Of a stretch of 64,000 bases of DNA, positions 26,600 through 42,093 are shown piece by piece. The notes beneath the pieces are model-generated. The model saw nothing but the letters and a program-made list of their open reading frames with translations. It did not search any database and was not told the DNA's origin. This DNA comes from Felis catus (lineage: Eukaryota): positions 51,833,815 through 51,897,814 of the forward strand of contig NC_058368.1 of NCBI RefSeq assembly GCF_018350175.1. Reading direction: 5' to 3'. How positions within the stretch are numbered: the first letter of the stretch is position 1; every line of letters begins with the position of its first letter. The translations under genes and the position numbers were made by a program.

Positions 26600-28841
26600 A
26601 AAAATAGAGGCTTTGTTAAGTTTAATGTAAATAATCCTTATTGGTGGCTGCTTTTGAGAATTGAGACTAAGTGCCTGATTATCTAATTTTCCTTTCACTG
26701 ACAAGCGGCTAAAGCAGAACGGTGAGGTCATGAGGACAAGATTTAATGTGCTGTAGTTTTATTCATAATGTAATGAATTTAAATTTCATGTAAGAGTTTA
26801 AGCAGAGAACTAGCTTTCCAAAACCTACATTAGTGTTTTGTGAAATTTGTGTATAAATCTAAATCCTCTTTTGCTGTGAGACTAAATGGTTTTGTTCCAA
26901 AGATCCATAACCCCCTTAGGAGATAAGAAGTCACTGATTACAGTAGGTTGTTCATTGGATGAAATTTGTTTTTGAAATTTAACTTATATTTTATAAAGCA
27001 ATCTATCATTTAGATTTACTCTTATGAGTATTACAGGGAAAATAGCATATTCCTACCCCACCTCTCATGCCCATTTGATTACCCAGATTCAGTTACTTAA
27101 CAAAAGCTATTTGTTTTGGTTTTGCTATTTATCTCTCATTAAATTCCCATACCTATAAGTTGTCAACTTCTTACTTTGAGTTATGAAGGTTTAATTCTTT
27201 TTACTACCTTCTTCCCTTTACACCTTTTCTCTGCACATCTTCCCATGTAGCTTTTTGCCAATCTTTAAATAGATTGTTTAATATTGATTACAACAGAAAT
27301 AATCTTATCTAGGTCATGCAACATTTTATTGTTTTTTCATCTAATCTTTTGTTTTTTTTCTGGAGTTAAAAGTAAAAGGACCCTTACTTGTTGGTTTTGG
27401 TTTTTGTTGTTAATTTAACCCCACACACTCCAAATGAACCATCCTCAGTACAGTTAGACATACAAATCCACCAAGGGTTTTATTTCCCTTTGTTTTTCCA
27501 ACCGTTCCTCCTGGTAGTGCCCTCGGCTGGCCCACGATGTGCTCTGAACTGGCTCTCCGCAGGCCCATGCGGCTCTCGTGGGACTTCCTCTCACCCTCGT
27601 TCTGCGGATCCTGTCCCCTTTCCAGTGTCACAATGCCTGTTTCCTGGATGCAAACTTCCTTTTCCTTATATTCCCTCTTTGGGGAGAATTCATTCTCCTC
27701 TTGCCTTTTTGGGGCAGTAGAAGAGAAATGAGGATATGGGAGACAGAAACTTTGAGAGCCTCCTATGTCTGAAAGTGTCTGAATTATATCTTTGATCTTG
27801 ATTATTCTTTGAGCTAGGTGTAGAACTCTAGGTTAGAAACCAGTTCCAGCAGAGTCTAGGAGACGTGGCTCCATTATATTTTAGCTTCGGGATTGCTGTT
27901 GAAGTCCTTATACCATTCTAATTTCTGATTCCTGTGAGCTTTCTCTTTAAAATACCTTTTAGATATAATTTTAGAATTTCTTCATTCCTAGTACTTTGAA
28001 ATTTTCATTTTTTGTGCTATATAGTTAGTGGGCACTTTCAACAAGGAAACTTTAGCTCTACAAAATGTCTTGTGTTATTTCTCTGTAAATCCATCCTCTC
28101 CTCCAGTTTTCTCTATTCTTTCTAGACACTCCTTTTAAGTCAAATGTTGAATTGCCTGCTTTGATGTTCAGATTTTATATTCTTCTCTTCTGTTTTCTGC
28201 CATGATATTGGCATTCTACTTTCTTGGAGATTGTAAAAATTCCTCTTCGAAACCTCTTTGCTGCATATTAAGTTCATTCCATGTGCTGGGCACCATTGTA
28301 GGGAATGAGGGAATGGGGGTGCAGCAGGGACCAAACAGGTGTTAAGTCCATGCCGTCGCTGAATTTACCTTCTAGCACGCACACCTTCACTCAGTCCTCC
28401 TGGTTTTGTAAGGTACTGTTATTTGTGTAAGGTATCTTAACTCCAGTAGCTTTTTACTTCAGTTTATTTAAGCAATGGAACCTGTCTTTGATAACAGCAG
28501 GAGAGGGGTAGCTCCTTGGGGAGTTGAGAGGGAGTGTTTTCCTAAAGACTTCCCAACAGTCATCTTGTTTTTGCTTTACTCTGAAGCTCCCTGCCTTCAG
28601 GGAGGGAAGGGTGTGTGGTATCCTGCACATTCAATTCTAGAACATTCCAGTTTCTTGTTGGCTTATCCCCCACTGTGGGCCCTTGGAGCAGAGAATGTCA
28701 AAACCCAAGCCCATTACCTAATGTTTATCTATTTTCCGTTTATCAGTGAAATGACCTTCTTAGACTGATAGTGTCTCTTTTCTTGTTTGGTCTTACTTGT
28801 AGGTTTAGAAGACTTTTGAGTTTAGCTGTCATTCTAGTGTG

Positions 28842-31027
<2,186 letters not shown>

Positions 31028-31432
31028 TCTAGTGTGGTTTTCTAAGAGAATAGAGAGGAATTGATAGTCTTCAATATCGAAGAATTCCTACTGGCTTCCA
31101 ATGAAGGGGATCCTTTGTCAATGATAGCTGATTAACAGGTAACAGAAATTATGGTTTTAACTATTCATATCGTCACATGAATATTTAATTAGGATTATGT
31201 AAACATTCCATATTTTAGAACTTACAAGTAATTCTAACAAAGCATTTTGTTCAGACTTCATTTCTGTCTTGAGCAATCAACATTTTCAAGTAACAAATAT
31301 TATTGAGCATTTTCTTTGAGAGCAAGTTTGTTTCCTTTAATTTGAATAGAAATTGCCCAAGGACAGTGACCTTGTTTTATTGGTCACACCAGCTAAAAGG
31401 GAACAGTGATTACTGTTGCTAAAATAAATGAA

Positions 31433-31608
31433 TTTTTGTTTATTTTGTAGAGAGAGTGAGCAGGGGAGAGGAACAGAGGGAGAGAGAATCTTAAGCAGGT
31501 TGCACGCTCCACACCGAGCCCACCATGGGGCTCAATCCCACGACCCTGGGATCATGACCTGGGCTGAAATTGAGAGTCGGATGCTCAACTGACTGAGCCA
31601 CCCAGGCC
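31433..31608 (-). mobile_element. CAN-SINE
   Basis: ...gactgagccacccaggc. Confidence 0.9.
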
Positions 31609-32839
31609 ACACTGTTTAATTCTTCTTGAGCCTAATGTCACAGTTACTGCTGTTAGAATTTCAGTTTTGGTTTTGCACATTTTCAGATGGAATGGAGTCT
31701 TTGCACCACTTTCCTTACCAACCATATCATTCTTTTCTTTTCAGTGTCCTTTGAAGTATTAGTTTGCAGCCTTGTTTTACCATTCACAAGCATGTTTATA
31801 TTAAAATAGGTTTTACTTACTGCCTTTTGTTGGAAATGAGTGGTTGTACCTGCTCCCCACCCCCTCCCCGAATTTAAAGACTGTTCACTAAGACCATCTG
31901 CTGCCATGACAAGGAGGGATGACAGATTAGATTTTTTGAAAGGGAAGTGTTTTCCCCTTTCTGCCTCACTTTTCCCATCTCTCTCACTTGTTAACCAAGG
32001 GGTAAGTAAATGTTCTTTTCTGCTAGCCTGGGGCTTTAGATTAGATGTTGCTTTCATAATTAGCAAATATGTTGATACTTGGTTTCTCTTTCTTGACCCT
32101 GATGCTTCTGGGAAGAAAATTACTCAAAAATTAGAGACCAACTCTCTATAGAATGTGTGGATGGGGGTCCGTAGTTATGAGGAGCCGGTGTTTCTGTGGT
32201 GGACCTTCTACCCCTCAGTCCCCTGGTCCTACATGCCTTCCTTATTCCTTCTTGGACCCTAGGAATGTAGCATGTACTGTTTTCTTGGTTGCAAGTTAAC
32301 AGTCTTCCCTGCTTAAGAAGTAAACTTCTCCGGGAGCACATCTGCGTAGGAGCTGGTCAAGCTCAGTTTCTGTGGCTGCTTCGGGTAGCGTTTCTCCCAA
32401 GGTTCTCTGTGTAGTTGCCAATAAGTTTATTTTGATTGTCACTTTGTGAAGGACCCCTGGCTCTCTTCCTGCTGCCTGCTTTCTGTCGGGGGGTCATCCT
32501 AGTCCTTCATGCTGTATCTGACAACCTCATGACCCTGGAACTAGGTAACAAAACCTGGTAAATTGTGGGAGAACGTATGGGAAGTGTTCACATTTTGTCT
32601 TGAGGTTATGAGAACAGGCTTATTAAAATCCTACCCTTCTGAAGAAAGTTTGTTTTTCTGAAGAAAATGAGGAACAGAAAGGGACGTTTTGTGTAAGTTT
32701 TATTGGGAGATAGCACCTGCATTGAGACCTTTTTCAAGATACTACTAAAAGAAATGCTTTGTCTTCACAGCTACAGTTTTGCAATTTGGTTAAACGTGTG
32801 TGTTGAAGATACAATAGGACAATTATTTTTGGTGTAAGG

Positions 32840-32938
32840 GTGTGAGTGTGTGTGTGTGTATACGTATATGTATATGTGTATATATCCTTGTGTGTATATA
32901 TACATATATATGTGTATATACATATATGTATACACACA
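32840..32938. repeat. (GT)n/(TA)n compound microsatellite
   Basis: Seen directly. Confidence 0.93.
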
Positions 32939-33367
32939 CCCCTATAGATGACTCATATGTATCCAATGCTCCTAAATTCTCAAAGGAAACATTGATTGAG
33001 CAAGTCACTTAATATTTTAATGGAAAATTAATTAAATTGAAACTTTGATTGTAGATCCCCAACTTATTTTCCCCTTTTCCAAACTGATCTTTTCATGCTC
33101 AAATTTCATAATTTATAAGGTCTTCTATATCAAGTAGTCCACACAGGCCGGGTACTTAAGCTTTCCCAGCATCCTCTACACGTACCTTAAATTTGTAGAG
33201 TTGTTGTAGACAGTAAGTAAAGATGTTTGTGAAGCAGACATAATAAAAGCTTAAATATTAGGTTTCTTTCCTGATACATTTGAATAATGTAAATGGCTTT
33301 TTGGATAATGTACAGAAAGTAATGTTAAAAATGAAAAAACTCTAATAAAAGTGATTTTATTAGAGTT

Positions 33368-33560
33368 AGGGGTGCCTGGGTGGCTCAGTCAGTTGAGTGT
33401 CCAGCTCTTGATTTCAGTTCAGGTCATGATCTCACGGTTCTTGTGGGATGGAGCCCTGTGTTGAGCTCTGCACTGACAGCTCAGAACCTGCTTGGGATTC
33501 TTTTTCTCCCTCTTTTTGCCCCTCTCCCGCTTAAAATAAATACATAGACATTTAAAAGAA
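33368..33560 (+). mobile_element. CAN-SINE
   Basis: gggggtgcctgggtggctcagtcag head. Confidence 0.92.
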
Positions 33561-34284
33561 AGTAATTGCCAAAAGTTAAATCTTTTAGTACTTCTTAATC
33601 TACAATCTATTCGTATAAAATTAAGAAAGCCTAGAATAATATTTTCTCTCCCCCCCCCAAAAAAAACATTGGACCCTGATTTGAATATACATTCTTAGAC
33701 AAAACACTGTATCTTGGTTGGTTTTTCTCTGTTGAAAATGGTCCTAACAGTGTTTGTTATTTTCCATTTGGAAGTGCCTTGTTTTTGAGCATCTTTTTAC
33801 TTAATTTTTAATGCATATATGCCTTCTTTCAAGTAAGGCGTATAAGAGTGTGTGTGTGTCTCTGATAATAGAGGGCTGCACTTCAGTTTCCTTTCAAATT
33901 GCCAGTGCTTAATAAATTGTCAAACATGTTTTATGTTCTGAATGTTTGTTTTTTTATGATTTATTAATTGGAATACATTTAAATGTCTTACATGAGCGAA
34001 GAAACTAATTGAACATTGGTGTTATAGATGGCATCCAACTAGCCAACCCAAAACAATTACATGATGGTATCATTAAAATGATGGTGTTGGGGGTAGATAT
34101 TTGAGTCTGTTTTGTTTGCTGCTATAACCCTCCCAGTGCTTAGAATAGTTCCTGTCATGTTGTAGGTATTGAATGCTAATTGTTGAGTGAATGAAGATGG
34201 TAGAAGGGTTTTTGATTTAGTAGCTAGACATAGTGCCCACTAGTGCCTCAGTGTTACTTAATTCTGATTAAGAGCATGTCACCG

Positions 34285-34930
34285 TCACTTGTCCCATGAC
34301 TTATTTTGTAATTGGAAGTTCATACCTCTTAAAATTCCCTTCCCCTATTTTGCCCATCCCCCCACACTCCTTCCCGAGGACAACCACCAGTTCTCTGTAT
34401 TTGAGTCTGTTTCTGTGTTGTTCAGTTGTTTTGCTTTTTAGATTCCACGTATAAGTGAAGTCATACAGGATTTGGCTTTCTGTGTCCTATTTCACTTAGC
34501 ATAATACTCTCTGGGTCCATCCTGTTGTCTCAAATGGCAAGATTTCCTTCTTTTTTATTGCTGAGTAATATCTTGTTGTGTGTACACGCCTTCTGTGTCC
34601 ATCTGTCTATCAGTGGACACTTAGGTTGCTTCTGTATCTTGGCTGTTGCAGATAATACTGCAGTGGACGTAGGGGTGCATATATATTTTTGAATAAGTGT
34701 TTTTGTTTTCTTTGGGTAACCTGCAAGTGGAATTGCTGGACTGTATGGTACTTCTATTTTTAATTCTTTGAGGAAACTCCATGATATTTTCCAGAGTGGG
34801 CGCACCAATATTTATTCCCACCAGTAGTCACAAGGGTTCCCTTTTCTCCACATCCTCACCAACACTTGTGATTACTTTTTTTTTCTTTGATACTAGCCAA
34901 TCTGACAGGTGTGAGGTGATCGCTCACTGG
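34285..34930 (-). mobile_element. L1 3' fragment, antisense
   Basis: The minus-strand [24 protein letters not shown] resembles the L1 ORF2 C-terminus, followed by 3'UTR. Confidence 0.88.
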
Positions 34931-37414
34931 TACAGTTTAAATAAGAAAAGACAGAAAGCATTTCACTTGTTTCCATGTCTTGCCTTGTAAGTGGGGACAT
35001 TTCACAGATTTCACAGGCCTATTAGAAAGGTTTCAGGAAATGTTAAATGTGAAATTATTTTGGTAAATGTGAAATGCTGTGTACATACGTGGACACATTC
35101 CTGCTATGCAGTTTCTTATTCAGAATGTGAGCCAAAACATACAGGGAACCCTCTTCGTTTGGCTGTTTACACTTTATAGAAAACCAATAGCATTTTTTTT
35201 TCTTTGGGAGGGGGTAGGTTTGTTTTCTCTACCTATAAATAAACATATTTTATTAGAGTTAGGATCTCAAATTGGTAAGTTTTGAGTGTAATTTAAGAAT
35301 AGTAGAAAGTTAAGGCAACTTCATTAGCTTTTTTGTTTTATGCTTCTTAAGGCTATATATGTTCCATTTCTGCTCTTCTTTTTCCCCACTTCCCCCACCC
35401 TTTTAGACTGTACGTAACAAACATCTCTAGAACTTTCATGGGTAGCATGGGCTCCTGCGACATCCTAAATTGAAATAAGGCTTATCTAGAGTCGGTGGTG
35501 AGTCTGTGTCATGAGGCTGGGACGTTGAATAACCAAATAATGATAAAAGAGCTTATCTGAGTAATTTGAGATGCCCAATATGTGGCTCACTTAATTTGGG
35601 GCCGGTTAATAAAAGCTTATCTTTGCCTGGAGATACTTGAATATCCATAACTATTGAATCAGGACAGGTCACATTTGAGGAGTGTGGGTATAGTTTTCAC
35701 AAATAGTGTAGCCCTACACAATTACTATCTTGGGTTGTGTTTCCTTATGAGCAATCTCTCATTTCCTCTGGGATTATATGCTAAGCAAATGTAAACAGAT
35801 ATTGCTTCTTTATTGAGTTTTTCTTTCATCTTCCTATGATACCAGTTTCTATTCTTGTCTCAGTTGTTATGAGGTAGTATCCCTCTCTAAATTTAGCCAA
35901 TGGAAAAGAAAGTTGTCGACGAATCCAGTGCTCTGAAGGTGGCCTTTTCATTTGTTGAAAGCTGCACAGATTGAACTGAGACATTAGGAGACTTATCAAG
36001 TGTCTGTCTCCTGGAATCTGTCCAGCTTCTCCTTGCCTGGCCCGAGATAGTATCTTCATCAGCTCATGTTTCCAGTCTTGAGGTGCTCTGTCAAATTGGG
36101 AACACAAAATTAAAACTTAGTCTGTGTAGTTCATTTTAGGTAAGCTTTGTAAAGGAGTCCCTTTCTCATTGGGAGAATAATCTGGAATCCTACTGAAATT
36201 TGCAGAGACAGGGTGTCTTGACATTTGCTATTTATTATTCCTGTGTGCTAGAAATTGAAGACACATTGTCATGGCTGTGGGCTTTCATCACATCTTTGCT
36301 TTGCTCAGATGTTCGGAAAAGTCCCACAGCGTTTCCTTCAGTGTTGGGAATGATGTACAGTAAGTAGCAAATAAATAGGGATTGTGATCCTATGGAATTT
36401 GCTGTTTCTATCCCATTATGTCCAGCAACATGGATGTTTCCTTTTCTTCTTTTTCCTTTATCAGTTACATGTGTTTCTCTGTGGTTTTTTGTTTCTATTT
36501 TGCATTTCTACCACAAGAAAGTTATTAAAATAAGCAGTAGTGAAATAAGCAGCTATGACAGTTCATGTTTGTTGTAATGAATATATAACTGACATGTTAT
36601 TTTCTTACCCCAAAGAGGAAAAAGTAAAACAATAGACATTCTCCCACAGTAGTTGTTTACTGCTTTTATAGTACTCTGATGATGGAATTTGCTTCTATGG
36701 CAGTGAAACTTTATTTTGGTAGATGTTCATGTCTATTTCTTGGGACCTCTACAGAATAGCCAGTTTAGGCAAGAATTAGTAGATTCTCCTTTTTGGAATC
36801 ATGGGGCCTTGATTAGAGAGACGATTCAAATGCTTAACCATGAAATAAATGAATTGAGCACTTGCTACCTGCAAGCACAGTGCTACATATGAGGGGTACG
36901 GTGGCAAGACGAACTCAGTACCTTGCACTGGGCACACGCAGTCTGGTATAACTGACTGCACGGATAGCAGCTCTGGTTCTTTTTTTCTTCCCTTCTCTTA
37001 AAACAGGCCTGATGGTGCTAGTGGGCCCAAGTGGAAGGGGTGTGCTTTCCCAAGGATGTGACATGTTTGTTGTAAGTCAGCAAGATTTGAGCAGGTAATT
37101 CTGGCGGGGGGCGGGGAGTGGCCAGACCACAGAAACAGCATGTGGAGAGATCTTGAGATGGGGTGAGACTCCAGACGTGAGAGGGAGCAGCAGACTGTTG
37201 CGGTGGGAGTGTGGTGGAGAGAAATGGAGCGGGGGGAAAACGTGAGCCTGGTGTTTGGTGATTCTGCATGAAATGAGAGGCATGCAGGGTTTTCAGGGCA
37301 CTTAAGGATTCTGGACTTTGTCTTAAGATGGTCGGGAATCCTTTGGATAGTTTTCAACAAAGGAGTGACATGGCTGTGAAGAGGAAAGTGTCAGAGGGTT
37401 AACTGAATTGTCTT

Positions 37415-37622
37415 GTTTTTTGTTTTTAGTTTATTTTGAGAGAGGGAGAGCTCATGTGCATGCAAGTGGGAGAGGGGCAGAGAGAGAAGAAGAAGGAGAG
37501 AATCCCAGGCAGGCTCTGTACTGTCAGTGTGGAGCCCAATGTGGGGCTCGAACTCACAAACCGTGAGATCATAACCTGAGCCAAAGTTGGACAGTCAACC
37601 ACCTGAACCACCCAGGCGCCCC
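37415..37622 (-). mobile_element. CAN-SINE (feliform type)
   Basis: ...ggggctcgaactcacaaaccgtgagatc...cacccaggcgcccc. Confidence 0.93.
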
Positions 37623-37692
37623 AACATTTTACCACTCTGAGTGAAATATGGAAACCTCACTTTCATTTAGGTATCTTATCTTCCCCCACTTT

Positions 37693-37759
37693 TATTTTTA
37701 TCTTGTTATATTAAATATAATTTGTTGTCAAATTGGTTTCCATACAACACTCAGTGTAA
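37693..37759 (-). mobile_element. 67-bp ultra-truncated felid L1 3' end with TSD
   Basis: ttgtcaaattggtttccatacaacac between direct repeats CTTCCCCCACTTT (37680-37692, 37760-37772). Confidence 0.8.
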
Positions 37760-38279
37760 CTTCCCCCACTTTAAATATCATTATCAGATGGTATTATAAT
37801 TTTTGTTTCAATCATCAAATATAATTTAGCAAGCCATGAGGAAAAAGATGGTCTCTTCTTTGTACCCAGAGTTCTGTTTTCGTCTTGTTTTGTCTTCTTG
37901 GTGCCCCAGACCCCTTCTCTTAAGAACCTTCTTTAGCCAGTATTTGAGGGTGGCTCTGCTAGCAACAAATTCTTTGAGTTTTCCTTTGTCTGAGGCTGTT
38001 TCTCTTTCATTCCTGGTGAGTTGGTCAACCAGACCCAGAACGCGCAGCTGGCGGGCCTTTCCTTGAAAGAGGCTCTGCCTCTTCTCTGGCTTCTGTGGTT
38101 TCTGATGAGAAATCCACTGTTGCTCAAATGGGTGTTCCTCAGTAACGTTCCTGGGTAACGTGTCACTGCTCTCTGACTGCTTTCAAGATTTTTCTTTATC
38201 TTTAGTTTTCAGTAGTTCTGTATGATGTGTCTTGGCATGGATTTTTTGGAGTTTATGGTGTTCAGATTTCACTTAGTAT

Positions 38280-38470
38280 GTTGGGCATCCCCATGACCCC
38301 CCTGCCCCCAGTTTAGTAATTCACTAAAAACACTCACAAGACTCAGTGTATATTTGTACTCAAAGCTAGGATCTGTTAAAACAAAGGGATACAAATCAAA
38401 ATCAACAAAGGGAAAAGGCACATGGAGCAAAGTCTGGAAGAAACGAGGTGCAAACTTCCAAGAGTCTTCA
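38280..38470. mobile_element. LTR fragment (MER21-like)
   Basis: aaagggatacaaatcaaaatcaacaaagggaaaaggcacatggagcaaagtctgga motif. Confidence 0.65.
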
Positions 38471-40043
38471 GGGTAAAACCAGATACCCGTTCTTAAAGAA
38501 GGGAGAGAAGTCTCAGCATGGGCTTCCTACCCCTAACTGAGAAGCAAGGCGTGAGGCGACTTGAGTTGTGATGCTTTAGACTGAGAAGGTTGGGGGCGGG
38601 GGCGCTGTTAGATGAACTTGTACAGCATTCCAAGGATCAAGACCTCCCTCCTTTGCACTGCTGGAGTCCTCAGCCACTCTGCCACTGCATGTCTAGGCAC
38701 CTCACGGGAAGCTTGCTTCTGGAATAATCCAGGCATTGACATAGTACCTATTGTCCATGTTTTCAGTTGGAGGCCTGTTGGGGTAATAGCTGTGCTGGTA
38801 CAGAAGGAAGTCATGCCAGTTACTTATTCAGATTAACATAGTCCATATCCATAAATTTAGACCAGGAACCAAGTCTCGTTTGCTTTTTGGGAAAACTAAT
38901 AGCATGAACAAAATGAATAGATCAGCTGACTTTGTAGGAAACAAAACTAAGGGAATAGAGAACTCCATTTGCTTGGATTTAAGAGAATACTACACCTTTA
39001 AACAACATTACTGGGCAAAGCAGCAGTCAAATCATTATTTTTAGTCATTTTTAATTTCTTGGAAATACTGGAATAGGGATGGACAGGGCTAAGAACCAAG
39101 CTGCTTATCCATAAGGAAATCTCCCCCCCCAAAAGAGGAAGTATGAGAGCAGTTAGGGCACATGGAGGGCATGTCCCAAACCTCCAGTCTTTAACAGTTC
39201 TAGAAATTGGAACAGACAGTTGAGAGCAAGAAAGAATACAAGAAAATTTCTTTGAGCTGAAGAAAGACAACTCCCCAGCATGAACTAAGATAGATGAAAA
39301 AAGACCTAAACCCTAGACATCCTGGTTGAATTTCCAGGGTCAAAATTCTAAAAATGTTCAAAGGAAGAAACAGGTTATTTGCAGTGTCATAGGCCTCAGA
39401 CATTTCATCAGGAATACTAGATGCTAGCTGAATAACGAATCTTGTCCTTTCAGTTTCAAGGAAAGGTACTTTCAAGCTATAATGTTGTACCCAGGCAAAT
39501 CATAGATTTGTGGAGACTAACGAAAGAGGGTTTTAGTTCTGCAAAGATTTAGAAAATTTACTTTACACACCCTGTTTTAATGGTGGGAAAAGTACAAGGA
39601 AGAAGATCCATGAGGCCTAAAGAAGAGTGGCCGTGGAGATGACCCAGGAGAGGCCAGGAACAAGGAAAGGAGAAAATGGGTTGACTCTCAAGGCTAGTGA
39701 CATTTCTCACCCAGTGGTTTGGGGCCTAGTGCCAGACAATTCCTTTCCTTTTCCTGGGGTCTTCTGACCATACCCAGCTCTCCAGTAAAGATGCGTCTAT
39801 CAGAAGAACACTGAAATGCCACTTCTGTGTGGTTTAACATTTGATGATGACCTTAAAGTTGTCCTGATCACAGCTATCGAACAGAATGGAGATACAGTAA
39901 ACCTTGACAATGTAAAAATAGGACTGTGATGGCAGTGGAAGGGAAGAGAGAGAGTACATGGGCTAAATATCTAACCTTTTTCACTATGGGGAGTCAGATG
40001 GCAACAAGGTGAGGTTGGTTTGTCTGCTTCTGGTTACACTTAC

Positions 40044-40210
40044 AGGGACGCCTGGGTAGCTCAGTCCGTTCAGTGTCGGACTCTTATTTTGGCTCAATTC
40101 ATGATCTCATGGTTTGTGAGACTGAGCCTGCATTGATCTGTTGGGATTCTCTCTGCCCCTCCCCTGCTTGTGGGTACACACACTCTCTCAAAATAAACAA
40201 ACAAACAAAA
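40044..40210 (+). mobile_element. CAN-SINE
   Basis: gggacgcctgggtagctcag head; TSD core GGTTACACTT. Confidence 0.9.
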
Positions 40211-40779
40211 GAGGTTACACTTTCATAGTAGTTATATTATTGTCCCCAGCTTCTCAAACAAAACTCCTGGAAAGGGGATCTGGATGGGAAAGGGAAAGAG
40301 ATACCTGTTTATACCTTTATATATATTTTAATGTTCTTCCATGTGCAGGCATTTTAGTAAAATCATGCAGCAGCTACTTCTAGGGCCAAAAAAATAAGTT
40401 TTTTTCCTTGTCGAAATTCTTAATTGTGTGTATTTACTTTCTACCACCTCTCAAGTTTAGTGGGTCAGAGGCCTTTTCTGCCATGGACTGTAAGCACATG
40501 CATTGTGTCCCTTACTGGAAGAAAGTATTTTAGCCCAGGAGATGCTGAAGAGGAAGGATTATCCAAATTCTGTTTCCAACACTTTTCCGTTCAGGAATGT
40601 ACAGGGTTTTCTAGTAGCCTGCTGGGCCTGTGTTTCCTAACATACCAAATGGTCAAAGGCAGGAAGGTTCTTATTGGTTATCCAGTCTTTCCTTTCTGAA
40701 GAGGAAACACTTTCAGACATGAGATAATCTAGACTGTTTCATGTAGAAATTGGACTCTGTAGCATCTTCCTAACCTACC

Positions 40780-40784
<5 letters not shown>

Positions 40785-40810
<26 letters not shown>

Positions 40811-40982
40811 GAGTTTATTTATTTTGAGAGAGAGCGAGGCAGCGCGGGTGTGGGAGGGACAGAGAATCCGCACTGTCAGCACAGAGCCTGATGTGGGGCT
40901 CAAACTCACAAACTGTGAGATCATGACCTGAGCCAAGATCAAGAGTTGGATGCATAGCCGACTGAGTCACCCAGTCACCCCT
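40785..40982 (-). mobile_element. CAN-SINE with long poly(T) tail
   Basis: About 25 T followed by the SINE body in reverse. Confidence 0.92.
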
Positions 40983-41882
40983 TAATTTATCACATTATTG
41001 CTATGTAGAACTTGGAAATTCCTCTAGCCGGCTGTCCTGGCTTGCAGGGGTGGCTGTAGTCCAACTTGAAGCAGCTGTTTAGAATCTGCATGACAATATC
41101 ACATCATGGGCAGATTATTAGGTCATTCTTTTCCCTTGTTCTTTTCAGGTTAAATTAGGACTTTCTGACTCTGACAAAGGCTGACTCCTCACATTCTGTG
41201 GCCATTTTCCCTGTCCTTACATTTGATTAAAGCCACAGCAGTTAGGTCTAAGAGAAAAACAGCTTCTATAAAAGGGAATTTTTAAGCATGCCTTTGAAGT
41301 ATAATTACTGTTGAAGTCAAACTTGTTTTCTAATCTCCCTTGCTAATTGGAGATGGGAAGTCTGATGATCTGTGGAGTTGCAGGGCTCATTCCGGTCTTA
41401 GATAACACTGAATTTGGTCCATGTGTGGTTCGAGTTGGCAGCTTCAGTTCTGACCAGTGATGAAGTGGAAACAAGTTGACAGTCCAGAGAATTTCTCCTT
41501 TCCAACCCACATTTTTCAGTTTTTAGACCATGGCCCTGGTTAGAGAAGACTCACAGGAAGATCCAGTAGTGGCAATGAGAGAAGAGCGTTCAGCCTGTGG
41601 TCTTGAGACTGGTTAAAGGCTGAGAAGTAGAAAAGCCTAGTGCTTTAATGATGATGACTAGACACTTTAACCAGCAAGTCTCACTTTGCTATTAAGTCCT
41701 AGGAAACATTTGATGTATTAAATTCAAGATGAAGAATAATTATAAAAGAGCCCAATGGAATAAATGTTGTTAAATAATACTCTATGGTGAAGTTTTATAA
41801 CTCTTATTCAAAAATTAAACATTTATCTTCCAATCCTTGCAGGTATACAACACCCTAGTTACTTTTAAACCTAATATAAAAC

Positions 41883-42093
41883 TTTTTTTTGTGGGGGGGG
41901 GGGGTTGGGAGAGAGAGTGCACGCACACATGCACGTCCATGGGAGAAGGGCAAAGGGACTGGGGGGAGAGAGAATCTTAGGCTTCACGCCCAGTGTGGAG
42001 CCCAATGCCAGGCTCGATCTCATAACTGGGAGATCATGACCTGAGCCGAAACCAAGAGTTGGACACTTAACTGACTGAGCCACCCTGGCGCCC
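41883..42093 (-). mobile_element. CAN-SINE
   Basis: ...gactgagccaccctggcgccc. Confidence 0.9.

Noticed and set aside
26155..26731. PPS/LSP/RGG-repeat ORFs (RGG-box-like, and resembling the exon 1 PPS repeat)
   Set aside because: Translations of the SINE CT expansion; the similarity is low-complexity coincidence.
41127..41153. Strong-looking 3' splice site (cttttcccttgttcttttcag|GTTAA)
   Set aside because: Immediate in-frame stop and no convincing paired donor; such decoys are common in 30-kb introns.
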